Part shown: positions 1-8,047 of the stretch, piece by piece
Layout: each line of letters starts with the position of its first letter
How positions within the stretch are numbered: the first letter of the stretch is position 1
Source of the DNA: a virus
Taxonomy: Duplodnaviria > Heunggongvirae > Uroviricota > Caudoviricetes
Reading direction: 5' to 3' (one strand)
Length of the DNA stretch: 8,047 nucleotides
IMG/VR virus record: IMGVR_UViG_2531839580_000015
Notes under the pieces: model-generated
What the model was told of the DNA's origin: nothing
Seen by the model: only the letters and a program-made list of their open reading frames with translations
Database searches by the model: none
Program-made: the position numbers and the translations under genes

Positions 1-136
1 ACAACTGAGTAAACGAGAGAGGTATACCGACAAATGGCAGCGACGCACACACTCCCTCTGGCGTCACCGGGAATGGCACGCATCTGCCTTTACGGGGATT
101 TGCAACGATTTGGCCGCCGCATCGACCTTCGTGTGA
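1..136 (+). CDS. K: 3' end of tail assembly protein K homolog (partial, 5' truncated by window start)
   Basis: The frame using positions 2,5,8... is open from the window edge to TGA at 134-136 (44 codons). It overlaps the ATG of the downstream I gene (34) by 103 nt in a different frame, which is the K/I overlap I recall for phage lambda. The fragment is too short for me to confirm by sequence recall. Confidence 0.5.
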   Translation, partial: QLSKRERYTDKWQRRTHSLWRHREWHASAFTGICNDLAAASTFV

Positions 137-675
137 AAACGGGGGCCGAAGCCATCCGGGCGCTGGCCATGCAGATCCCGGCGTTTCGTCAGAAGCTGAG
201 CGACGGCTGGTATCAGGTACGCATTGCCGGGCGTGATGCAGGTAAAACCGAATTGTCTGCCCGTCTTAATGAGCCGCTGGAAAATGGTGCCGTGATCCAT
301 ATCGTGCCGCGTCTGGCAGGAGCCAAAAGTGGCGGTGTGTTTCAGGCTGTGCTGGGGGCGGCTGTTATGGCGGTTGCTATATGGATGCCGGGGGTAGGAA
401 TTATGGCGAGTAATCTGCTGTTTTCTCTCGGTGCCAGTATGGTGCTCGGTGGTGTGGCGCAGATGCTGGCACCGAAAGCCAGAACTCCCCGTACACAGAC
501 AACGGATAACGGCAAACAGAACACCTATTTCTCCTCACTGGATAACATGGTTGCCCAGGGCAATGTTCTGCCTGTTCTGTACGGTGAAATGCGCGTGGGG
601 TCACGTGTGGTTTCTCAGGAGATCAGCACGGCAGACGAAGGGGATGGTGGTCAGGTTGTGGTGATTGGTCGCTGA
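34..675 (+). CDS. I: Tail assembly protein I (lambda gpI family), 213 aa, apparently intact
   Basis: ATG at 34 preceded by GAGAGG at 17-22. The translation (MAATHTLPLASPGMARICLYGDLQRFGRRIDLRVKTGAEAIRALA...VVSQEISTADEGDGGQVVVIGR) matches lambda gpI at both ends, with a shorter, divergent hydrophobic Gly/Ala-rich centre. It sits 60 nt upstream of J, as in lambda. Confidence 0.9.
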   Translation: MAATHTLPLASPGMARICLYGDLQRFGRRIDLRVKTGAEAIRALAMQIPAFRQKLSDGWYQVRIAGRDAGKTELSARLNEPLENGAVIHIVPRLAGAKSGGVFQAVLGAAVMAVAIWMPGVGIMASNLLFSLGASMVLGGVAQMLAPKARTPRTQTTDNGKQNTYFSSLDNMVAQGNVLPVLYGEMRVGSRVVSQEISTADEGDGGQVVVIGR

Positions 676-693
676 TGCAAAATGTTTTATGTG

Positions 694-721
694 AAACCGC
701 CTCCGGGCGGTTTTGTCGTTT
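694..721 (+). terminator. I-J intergenic stem-loop with T tract (possible attenuator or mRNA structure in the late operon)
   Basis: AAACCGCC (694-701) and GGCGGTTT (706-713) form a perfect 8-bp inverted repeat around a 4-nt loop TCCG, followed by a T-rich tract TTTTGTCGTTT. It lies in the 60-nt gap between the I stop and the J start. Confidence 0.4.
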
Positions 722-735
722 ATGGAGCATGACGA

Positions 736-3700
736 ATGGGTAAAGGCAGCAGTAAGGGGCATACCCCGCGCGAAGCAAAGGACAACCTGAAGTCCACGCA
801 GTTGCTGAGTGTGATCGATGCCATCAGCGAAGGGCCGGTTGAAGGTCCGGTGGATGGATTAAAAAGCGTGCTGCTGAACAGTACACCGGTGCTGGACAGT
901 GAGGGGAATACTAACATCTCTGGTGTCACGGTGGTGTTCCGGGCAGGTGAGCAGGAACAGACACCGCCGGAGGGATTTGAATCATCAGGTTCCGAGACGG
1001 TACTGGGTACGGAAGTGAAATACGACACGCCGATTACCCGGACCATCACGTCGGCAAACATCGACCGTCTGCGCTTTACCTTCGGTGTGCAGGCACTGGT
1101 GGAAACCACCTCAAAGGGGGACCGGAATCCGTCGGAAGTCGCCTGCTGGTTCAGATACACGTAAGGTGGCTGGGTGACGGAAAAAGACATCACCATTAAG
1201 GGCAAAACCACTCCAGTATCTGGCCTCGGTGGTGGTGGATAACCTGCCGCCGCGCCCGTTTAATATCCGGATGCGCAGATGACGCCGGACAGCACCACAG
1301 ACCAGCTGCAGAACAAAACGCTCTGGTCGTCATACACCGAAATATCGATGTGAAACAGTGCTACCCGAACACGGCACTGGTCGGCGTGCAGGTGGACTCG
1401 GAGCAGTTCGGCAGCCAGCAGGTGAGCCGTAATTATCATCTGCGCGGGCGTATTCTGCAGGTGCCGTCGAACTATAACCCGCAGACGCGGCAATACAGCG
1501 GTATCTGGGACGGAACGTTTAAGCCAGCATACAGCAACAACATGGCCTGGTGTCTGTGGGATATGCTGACCCATCCGCGCTACGGCATGGGGAAACGTCT
1601 TGGTGCGGCAGATGTGGATAAATGGGCGCTGTATGTCATCGGCCAGTACTGCGACCAGTCGGTGCCGGACGGTTTTGGCGGCACGGAGCCGCGCATCACC
1701 TGTAATGCCTACCTGACCACGCAGCGTAAGGCGTGGGATGTGCTCAGTGATTTCTGCTCGGCGATGCGCTGTATGCCGGTATGGAACGGGCAGACGCTGA
1801 CGTTCGTGCAGGACCGACCATCAGATAAGGTGTGGACCTATAACCGCAGTAATGTGGTGATGCCGGATGATGGCGCGCCGTTCCGCTACAGCTTCAGCGC
1901 CCTGAAGGACCGCCATAATGCCGTTGAGGTGAACTGGATTGACCCGAACAACGGCTGGGAGACGGCGACAGAGCTTGTTGAAGATACGCAGGCCATTGCC
2001 CGTTACGGTCGTAACGTCACGAAGATGGATGCCTTTGGCTGTACCAGCCGGGGGCAGGCACACCGCGCCGGGCTGTGGCTGATTAAAACGGAACTGCTGG
2101 AAACGCAGACCGTGGACTTCAGCGTGGGTGCGAAGGGCTTCGCCATGTACCGGGGATGTCATTGAAATCTGCGATGATGACTATGCGGTATCGCACCGGG
2201 GGCGCGTGCTGGCGGTGAACAGCCAGACCCGGACGCTGACGCTCGACCGTGAAATCACGCTGCCATCTCCGGACCACGCTGATAAGCCTGGTTGACGGAG
2301 GGATCCGGTCAGCGTGGAGGTCAGTCCGTCACCGACGGCGTGAAGGTAAAGTGAGCCGTGTTCCTGACGGCGTTGCGATACAGCGTTGGGGGCTGAAGCT
2401 GCCGACGTGCGCCAGCGCCTGTTCCGCTGCGTGAGTATCCGTGAGAACGAGACGGCACGTATGCCATCACCGCCGTGCAGCATGTACCGGAAAAAGAGCC
2501 ATCGTGGATAACGGGGCGCACTTTGACGGCGACCAGAGCGGCACGGTGAATGGTGTCACGCCGCCGCGTGCAGCACTGACGCGAAGTCACCGCAGACAGC
2601 GGGGATATCAGGTCTGGCCGCTGGGAACGCCGAAGGTGGTGAAGGGCGTGAGTTCATGCTTCGCCTGACCGTGGCAGCGGATGACGGCAGTGAGCGGCTG
2701 GTCAGCACGGCCCGGACGACGGAAACCACTTACCGCTTCACACAACTGGCGCTGGGGAACTACAGGCTGACAGTCCGGGCAGTAAATGCGTGGGGGCAGC
2801 AGGGCGATCCGGCATCGGTATCGTTCCGGATTGCCGCACCGGCAGCGCCGTCGCAGATTGAGCTGACACCGGGGTATTTTCAGATAACCGCCACGCCGCA
2901 TCTTGCGGTTTATGACCCGACGGTACAGTTTGAGTTCTGGTTCTCGGAAAAGCGGATTGCGGATATCAGGCAGGTTGAAACCGCAGCCCGCTATCTTGGC
3001 TCGGCGCTGTACTGGATAGCTGCCAGTATCAATATCAAACCGGGCCATGATTATTACTTTTATATCCGCAGTGTGAACACCGTTGGCAAATCGGCATTCG
3101 TGGAGGCCGTCGGTCGGGCGAGCGATGATGCGGAAGGTTACCTGGATTTTTTCAAAGGCAAGATAACCGAATCCCATCTCGGCAAGGAGCTGCTGGAAAA
3201 AGTCGAGCTGACGGAGGATAACGCCAGCAGACTGGAGGAGTTTTCGAAAGAGTGGAAGGACGCCAACGATAAGTGGAATGCCATGTGGGCTGTCAAAATT
3301 GAGCAGACCAAAGACGGCAAACATTATGTCGCGGGTATTGGCCTCAGCATGGAGGACACGGAAGAAGGCAAGCTGAGCCAGTTCCTGGTTGCCGCTAACC
3401 GTATCGCGTTTATTGATCCGTCTAATGGCAACACAAGACCAATGTTTGTTGGTCAGGGCGATCAGATATTCATGAACGACGTGTTCCTGAAACGCCTGAC
3501 GGCTCCGACCATTACCAGCGGCGGTAATCCTCCGGCATTTTCCCTGACACCGGACGGGCGGCTGACGGCGAAAAATGCCGATATCAGCGGTAACGTGAAT
3601 GCGAACTCCGGGACGCTCAACAACGTCACGATTAACGAGAACTGTCGGGTTCTGGGAAAACTGTCCGCCAACCAGATTGAAGGCGATCTCGTTAAAACAG

Positions 3701-4095
3701 TGGGCAAAGCTTTCCCCCGGGACTCCCGTGCACCGGAACGGTGGCCATCAGGGACCATCACCGTCAGGGTTTATGACGATCAGCCGTTTGACCGGCAGAT
3801 TGTTATTCCGGCGGTGGCATTCAGCGGCGCTAAACATGAGAGGGAGAATAACGATATTTATTCGTCATGCCGCCTGATAGTACGGAAAAACGGTGCTGAA
3901 ATTTATAACCGTACCGCGCTGGATAATACGCTGATTTACAGTGGTGTTATTGATATGCCAGCTGGTCGCGGCCACATGACGCTGGAGTTTTCGGTGTCAT
4001 CATGGCTGGTAAATGACTGGTATCCCACAGCAAGTATCAGCGATTTGCTGGTTGTGGTGATGAAGAAAGCCACCGCAGGCATCAGTATCAGCTGA
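736..4095 (+). pseudogene. J: Tail tip host-specificity protein J (lambda gpJ family); reading frame broken into at least five segments
   Basis: ATG at 736 with GGAG at 724-727. The N-terminus MGKGSSKGHTPREAKDNLKSTQLLSVIDAISEGP... matches lambda J. The homologous reading continues through 736-1164, short pieces in alternating frames across 1165-1350 (in-frame TAA at 1162-1164, stops at 1240-1242, 1280-1282 and 1351-1353), 1350-2165, 2249-2434 and 2441-2668, then 2656-4095, which ends ...[10 protein letters not shown] with stop TGA at 4093-4095. Total span is 3360 nt against 3399 nt for lambda J. J-like peptides ([47 protein letters not shown]) are recoverable from different frames in 2165-2660. 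Confidence 0.85.
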
Positions 4096-4114
4096 ATTTT
4101 ATAACCCATATACG

Positions 4115-4138
4115 GGCGCCAGAAATGGCGCCTTTTTT
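4115..4138 (+). terminator. Rho-independent terminator downstream of J
   Basis: GGCGCC (4115-4120) and GGCGCC (4127-4132) form a 6-bp GC-only stem around the loop AGAAAT, immediately followed by TTTTTT (4133-4138). It starts 20 nt after the J stop. Confidence 0.7.
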
Positions 4139-4162
4139 ATTGCAGAAAAGCGAGAGGTAATT

Positions 4163-4759
4163 ATGCGTAAAGTTTGTGCAGCCATTTTGTCCGCAGCCAT
4201 CTGTCTGGCCGTATCCGGTGCGCCTGCATGGGCGTCTGAGCAGCAGGCCACACTGAGCGCAGGGTATCTTCATGCCCGTACGAACGCTCCCGGCAGCGAT
4301 AATCTGAACGGGATTAACGTGAAATACCGTTATGAGTTTACGGACACGCTGGGGCTGATTACGTCATTCAGTTATGCCAACGCTGAGATGAGCAAAAAAC
4401 GCATTACAGCGATACCCGCTGGCATGAGATTCCGTGCGTAACCGCTGGTTCAGCGTGATGGCGGGCCGTCTGTGCGCGTGAATGAATGGTTCAGCGCGTA
4501 TGCGATGGCGGGTGTGGCTTACAGCCGTGTGTCGACTTTCTCCGGGGATTATCTTCGCGTAACTGACAACAAGGGGAAAAAGCACGATGTGCTGACCGGA
4601 AGTGATGACGGTCGCCACAGCAACACGTCTCTGGCGTGGGGGGCTGGCGTGCAGTTTAACCCGACCGAATCCGTGGCCATTGATATTGCTTATGAAGGCT
4701 CCGGCAGTGGTGACTGGCGCACTGACGGTTTCATCGTGGGTGTCGGTTATAAATTCTGA
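4163..4759 (+). pseudogene. lom: Lom outer-membrane protein (Ail/Lom/OmpX/PagC beta-barrel family), prophage moron; frame interrupted mid-gene
   Basis: ATG at 4163 preceded by GAGAGG. The N-terminus MRKVCAAILSAAICLAVSGAPAWA is a typical signal peptide, and SEQQATLSAGYLHARTNAPGSDNLNGINVKYRYEFTDTLG... matches lambda Lom, as does the C-terminus ...AIDIAYEGSGSGDWRTDGFIVGVGYKF (stop TGA 4757-4759). Between about 4386 and 4462 the Lom-like reading moves through all three frames: DEQKTHYSDTRWHE in one, DSVRNRWFSVMA in another, then back to GPSVRVNEW. This leaves an in-frame TAA at 4439-4441. If the three shifts are sequencing errors the gene is intact. Confidence 0.8.
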
Positions 4760-4785
4760 TTAGCCAGGTAACACAGTGTTATGAC

Positions 4786-4812
4786 AGCCCGCCGGTTCAG
4801 GCGGGCTTTTTT
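4786..4812 (+). terminator. Rho-independent terminator downstream of lom
   Basis: AGCCCGCC (4786-4793) and GGCGGGCT (4800-4807) form a perfect 8-bp stem around the loop GGTTCA, running into TTTTTT (4807-4812). It lies between the lom stop and the stf start. Confidence 0.7.
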
Positions 4813-4823
4813 GTGGGGTGAAT

Positions 4824-7800
4824 ATGGCAGTAAAGATTTCAGGTGTACTGAAAGACGGCACAGGAAAACCGGTACAGAACTGCACAATCCAGCTGAAAGC
4901 AAAACGTAACAGCACCACGGTGGTGGTGAACACGCTGGCCTCAGAAAATCCGGATGAAGCCGGGCGTTACAGTATGGACGTTGAGTACGGTCAGTACAGC
5001 GTTATTCTGTTGGTGGAAGGATTCCCGCCGTCACATGCCGGGACCATCACCGTGTATGAAGATTCCCGACCCGGTACGCTGAATGATTTTCTCGGTGCCA
5101 TGACGGAGGATGATGCCCGTCCGGAGGCACTGCGCCGTTTTGAGCTGATGGTGGAAGAGGTGGCGCGTAACGCGTCCGTGGTGGCACAGAACACGGCAGC
5201 CGCAAAGAAGTCAGCCAGTGATGCCGGCACATCTGCCAGTGAGGCGGCAACCCATGCGACTGATGCTGCAGGCTCAGCACGCGCAGCCAGCACGTCAGCC
5301 GGACAGGCCGCGTCGTCGGCTCAGTCAGCATCTTCCAGCGCAGGAACGGCATCAACAAAGGCCAGTGAAGCATCGAAAAGTGCTGCTGCTGCAGAGTCCT
5401 CAAAAAGCGCGGCAGCTACCAGTGCCGCTGCGGCGAAAACGTCAGAAACGAATGCGGCAGCGTCACAACAATCAGCAGCCACTTCTGCATCCGCCGCGAC
5501 CACGAAGGCGTCAGAAGCAGCCACCTCAGCCCGGGATGCGGCGGCCTCAAAAGAGGCAGCGAAATCATCAGAAACGAACGCATCATCAAGCGCCAGTAGT
5601 GCCGCTTCCTCGGCAACGGCGGCAGGAAATTCCGCGAAGGCGGCAAAAACGTCCGAGACGAACGCCAGGTCTTCTGAAACGGCAGCGGGACAGAGTGCCT
5701 CAGCTGCGGCAGGCTCAAAAACAGCGGCTGCATCATCTGCCAGTGCCGCATCAACAAGTGCCGGGCAGGCCTCAGCCAGTGCCACCGCTGCCGGAAAGTC
5801 GGCAGAAAGTGCCGCATCGTCTGCTTCAACAGCCACAACGAAGGCTGGCGAAGCCACTGAACAGGCCAGCGCAGCAGCGAGGTCAGCTTCCGCAGCGAAG
5901 ACATCCGAAACGAACGCGAAAGCGTCGGAAACCCGTGCAGAATCCTCAAAAACGGCTGCCGCATCGTCAGCCAGTTCGGCGGCGTCATCGGCATCATCGG
6001 CGTCTGCTTCAAAAGATGAGGCGACCATACAGGCGTCAGCAGCGAAGGGCAGCGCCACGACGGCATCCACGAAGGCGACAGAGGCTGCTGGTAGTGCGAC
6101 GGCAGCAGCTCAGAGCAAAAGTACGGCGGAATCTGCAGCAACGCGCGCTGAGACAGCGGCAAAACGGGCAGAGGATATTGCATCCGCCGTGGCGCTTGAG
6201 GATGCGAGCACGACGAAAAAGGGGATAGTACAGCTCAGTAGTGCGACTAACAGCACGTCTGAAACGCTGGCGGCAACGCCAAAGGCAGTAAAATCAGCCT
6301 ATGACAATGCAGAGAAACGTCTGCAGAAAGACCAGAACGGCGCTGATATACCCGATAAGGGACGCTTCCTGAACAACATTAACGCGGTCAGTAAAACAGA
6401 CTTTGCTGATAAGCGTGGTATGCGTTATGTGCGGGTTAACGCTCCTGCAGGTGCAACATCTGGAAAATATTACCCTGTTGTTGTTATGCGTTCTGCTGGC
6501 TCAGTAAGCGAACTGGCATCAAGGGTCATTATCACCACGGCAACGCGAACCGCAGGCGATCCGATGAATAACTGCGAGTTTAACGGATTTGTTATGCCTG
6601 GTGGCTGGACTGACAGGGGGCGTTATGCTTATGGAATGTTCTGGCAATATCAAAACAATGAACGAGCCATCCACTCAATAATGATGAGTAATAAGGGCGA
6701 TGATTTGCGCTCTGTGTTCTATGTTGATGGCGCTGCTTTCCCTGTTTTTGCGTTTATCGAAGATGGCCTGTCAATATCCGCACCTGGTGCTGATCTCGTT
6801 GTTAATGATACGACCTATAAGTTTGGGGCAACAAATCCGGCGACTGAATGTATCGCGGCGGACGTTATCCTTGATTTTAAGAGTGGGCGTGGTTTTTATG
6901 AGTCTCATTCGTTAATCGTTAACGATAACTTGTCGTGCAAAAAACTTTTTGCCACAGACGAAATTGTAGCGCGTGGTGGTAATCAGATTCGAATGATAGG
7001 TGGGGAGTATGGGGCATTATGGCGTAATGATGGCGCTAAAACTTACCTGCTGCTTACCAATCAAGGTGATGTTTATGGTGGCTGGAATACATTAAGACCG
7101 TTTGCTATTGATAACGCAACCGGCGAACTGGTTATTGGAACCAAACTGTCTGCAAGTCTGAACGGTAACGCATTGACAGCAACAAAGCTGCAAACGCCAA
7201 GACGGGTTTCTGGGATTGAGTTTGATGGTTCCAGAGATATTACTTTAACCGCCGCGCATGTGGCTGCTTTTGCCAGAAGGGCAACGGATACATATGCCGA
7301 TGCGGATGGTGGCGTTCCCTGGAATGCCGAATCAGGCGCTTATAATGTCACCCGCTCTGGCGACAGCTATATTCTGGTTAACTTCTATACCGGAGTCGGA
7401 AGTTGCCGGACCTTGCAGATGAAGGCACATTACAGAAATGGAGGTCTGTTCTACCGTTCCTCAAGAGATGGCTATGGTTTTGAGGAAGACTGGGCAGAAG
7501 TTTATACCTCGAAAAATCTTCCACCAGAAAGCTACCCAGTCGGCGCACCAATCCCGTGGCCATCAGATACCGTTCCGTCTGGTTATGCCCTGATGCAGGG
7601 GCAGACTTTTAACAAATCTGCCTACCCGAAACTTGCAGCCGCTTATCCGTCAGGCGTGATCCCTGATATGCGTGGCTGGACGATTAAGGGCAAGCCCGCC
7701 AGTGGTCGTGCCGTATTGTCTCAGGAACAGGACGGCATAAAATCGCATACCCACAGCGCCAGCGCATCCAGTACTGATTTGGGGACGAAAACCACATCGT

Positions 7801-8047
7801 CGTTTGATTACGGCACTAAATCCACGAATAACACTGGTGCGCATACCCATAGTTTAAGTGGCAGCACGAATGCAGCTGGTAATCACAGCCATAGAGATGG
7901 CCGTCGATTTAACCCCAGTGTTTTTAAAGATACTTATCAATATGGTTATACAAGCTCAGGTCAAAATACCTGGGGTGTACAAGGCTCAGTAGGTATGTCT
8001 ACGGGGGCGTTAGCTAATACCAGTACAGATGGTAACCATAGCCACTC
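4824..8047 (+). CDS. stf: Side tail fibre protein (lambda Stf / Rac StfR-like), 3' truncated by window end; 1074 complete codons without a stop
   Basis: ATG at 4824 preceded by GGGGTGA. I translated the whole frame by hand from 4824 to 8047 and found no stop codon. The N-terminus [62 protein letters not shown]... is the conserved lambda Stf / StfR start. An Ala/Ser/Thr-rich shaft follows, then ...[76 protein letters not shown]... with repeated His-x-His motifs. The ORF track omits it only because it runs off the window. Confidence 0.9.
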   Translation, partial: MAVKISGVLKDGTGKPVQNCTIQLKAKRNSTTVVVNTLASENPDEAGRYSMDVEYGQYSVILLVEGFPPSHAGTITVYEDSRPGTLNDFLGAMTEDDARPEALRRFELMVEEVARNASVVAQNTAAAKKSASDAGTSASEAATHATDAAGSARAASTSAGQAASSAQSASSSAGTASTKASEASKSAAAAESSKSAAATSAAAAKTSETNAAASQQSAATSASAATTKASEAATSARDAAASKEAAKSSETNASSSASSAASSATAAGNSAKAAKTSETNARSSETAAGQSASAAAGSKTAAASSASAASTSAGQASASATAAGKSAESAASSASTATTKAGEATEQASAAARSASAAKTSETNAKASETRAESSKTAAASSASSAASSASSASASKDEATIQASAAKGSATTASTKATEAAGSATAAAQSKSTAESAATRAETAAKRAEDIASAVALEDASTTKKGIVQLSSATNSTSETLAATPKAVKSAYDNAEKRLQKDQNGADIPDKGRFLNNINAVSKTDFADKRGMRYVRVNAPAGATSGKYYPVVVMRSAGSVSELASRVIITTATRTAGDPMNNCEFNGFVMPGGWTDRGRYAYGMFWQYQNNERAIHSIMMSNKGDDLRSVFYVDGAAFPVFAFIEDGLSISAPGADLVVNDTTYKFGATNPATECIAADVILDFKSGRGFYESHSLIVNDNLSCKKLFATDEIVARGGNQIRMIGGEYGALWRNDGAKTYLLLTNQGDVYGGWNTLRPFAIDNATGELVIGTKLSASLNGNALTATKLQTPRRVSGIEFDGSRDITLTAAHVAAFARRATDTYADADGGVPWNAESGAYNVTRSGDSYILVNFYTGVGSCRTLQMKAHYRNGGLFYRSSRDGYGFEEDWAEVYTSKNLPPESYPVGAPIPWPSDTVPSGYALMQGQTFNKSAYPKLAAAYPSGVIPDMRGWTIKGKPASGRAVLSQEQDGIKSHTHSASASSTDLGTKTTSSFDYGTKSTNNTGAHTHSLSGSTNAAGNHSHRDGRRFNPSVFKDTYQYGYTSSGQNTWGVQGSVGMSTGALANTSTDGNHSH
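5190..6200 (+). repeat. Low-complexity Ala/Ser/Thr-rich degenerate repeat region encoding the stf shaft
   Basis: About 1 kb in which roughly two thirds of codons are GCN, TCN/AGY or ACN. An 18-nt motif AAR-ACN/TCN-TCN-GAR-ACG-AAY (peptide K-T/S-S-E-T-N) recurs four times at irregular spacing, at about 5436-5456, 5562-5579, 5645-5662 and 5898-5915. The region is stop-free in several frames on both strands. Confidence 0.75.

Noticed and set aside
64-2590. Several short minus-strand ORFs (64-300, 342-524, 401-604, 720-1211, 1260-1574, 1821-2162, 2181-2483, 2321-2590) and the + strand ORF 431-664
   Set aside because: All overlap I or J on the opposite strand or in an alternative frame and lack independent support. 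The + strand I and J readings account for the coding signal.
1350-2668. Treating the J fragments (1350-2165, 2249-2434, 2441-2668) as separate small genes
   Set aside because: Each is a collinear piece of one J homolog. The apparent M starts are GTG or internal codons chosen by the ORF finder, so they are segments of one disrupted gene, not independent proteins.
2608-3324. 238-aa minus-strand ORF inside J
   Set aside because: Entirely antisense to the well-conserved intact portion of J. No recognisable protein features; treated as a chance open frame in GC-rich DNA.
3462-3877. Short ORFs 3462-3761 (-) and 3599-3877 (+) within the J 3' region
   Set aside because: Alternative-frame or antisense overlaps of the intact J C-terminal reading frame, with no supporting signals.
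4364-4618. 84-aa minus-strand ORF overlapping lom
   Set aside because: Antisense to the conserved Lom coding sequence, with no supporting features.
4163-4759. An IS-element insertion as the cause of the lom disruption (as in some Rac prophages)
   Set aside because: lom here is about lambda length (597 nt), with no inserted block, inverted terminal repeats or transposase ORF. The disruption is small indels only.
5321-6183. Two long minus-strand ORFs (249 aa Ala/Asp-rich and 255 aa) antisense to the stf shaft
   Set aside because: Antisense to a GC-rich low-complexity coding region. Their composition mirrors the sense-strand Ala/Ser codons, so they are classic spurious ORFs.
5190-6200. A CRISPR-like or other tandem repeat array in the repetitive stf region
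   Set aside because: The repeats are degenerate, irregularly spaced and in-frame within a protein-coding sequence. There is no repeat-spacer periodicity or palindromic repeat unit.
5218-6228. 336-aa + strand ORF in the ORF track, extremely Arg/Pro/Gln-rich
   Set aside because: It is an alternative frame of the Ala/Ser-rich stf shaft. The stop-free frame is a by-product of GCN/TCN codon bias, and there is no start context or domain-like sequence. The real coding frame is the stf frame starting at 4824.
6700-7850. Short ORFs 6700-6915 (+), 7378-7563 (-) and 7650-7850 (-) inside stf
   Set aside because: Alternative-frame or antisense to the continuous stf frame, which has no stop across this region.

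Overview
This window is the distal tail / host-range module of a lambdoid (lambda/Rac-like) prophage on the + strand, in lambda gene order: 3' end of K (1-136), tail assembly gene I (34-675), host-specificity gene J (736-4095, reading frame broken into at least five pieces), the outer-membrane moron lom (4163-4759, also frame-disrupted) bracketed by two hairpin/T-tract terminators, and a long StfR-like side tail fibre gene (4824 to the window end, intact for 1074 codons, 3' truncated). I found no RNA genes, CRISPR arrays, IS elements or integrase, and no evidence for an undescribed system. Most worth checking are (i) frame-breaking indels packed into three short patches of J and lom while I, the rest of J and stf are intact, which fits either prophage decay or local assembly error, and (ii) low-GC, divergent distal modules in J and stf, which suggest swapped receptor-binding regions. 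All minus-strand and alternative-frame ORFs in the track look like artefacts of GC-rich or low-complexity coding sequence. Identifications rest on my own translation and recalled lambda/Rac protein sequences, with no database search.
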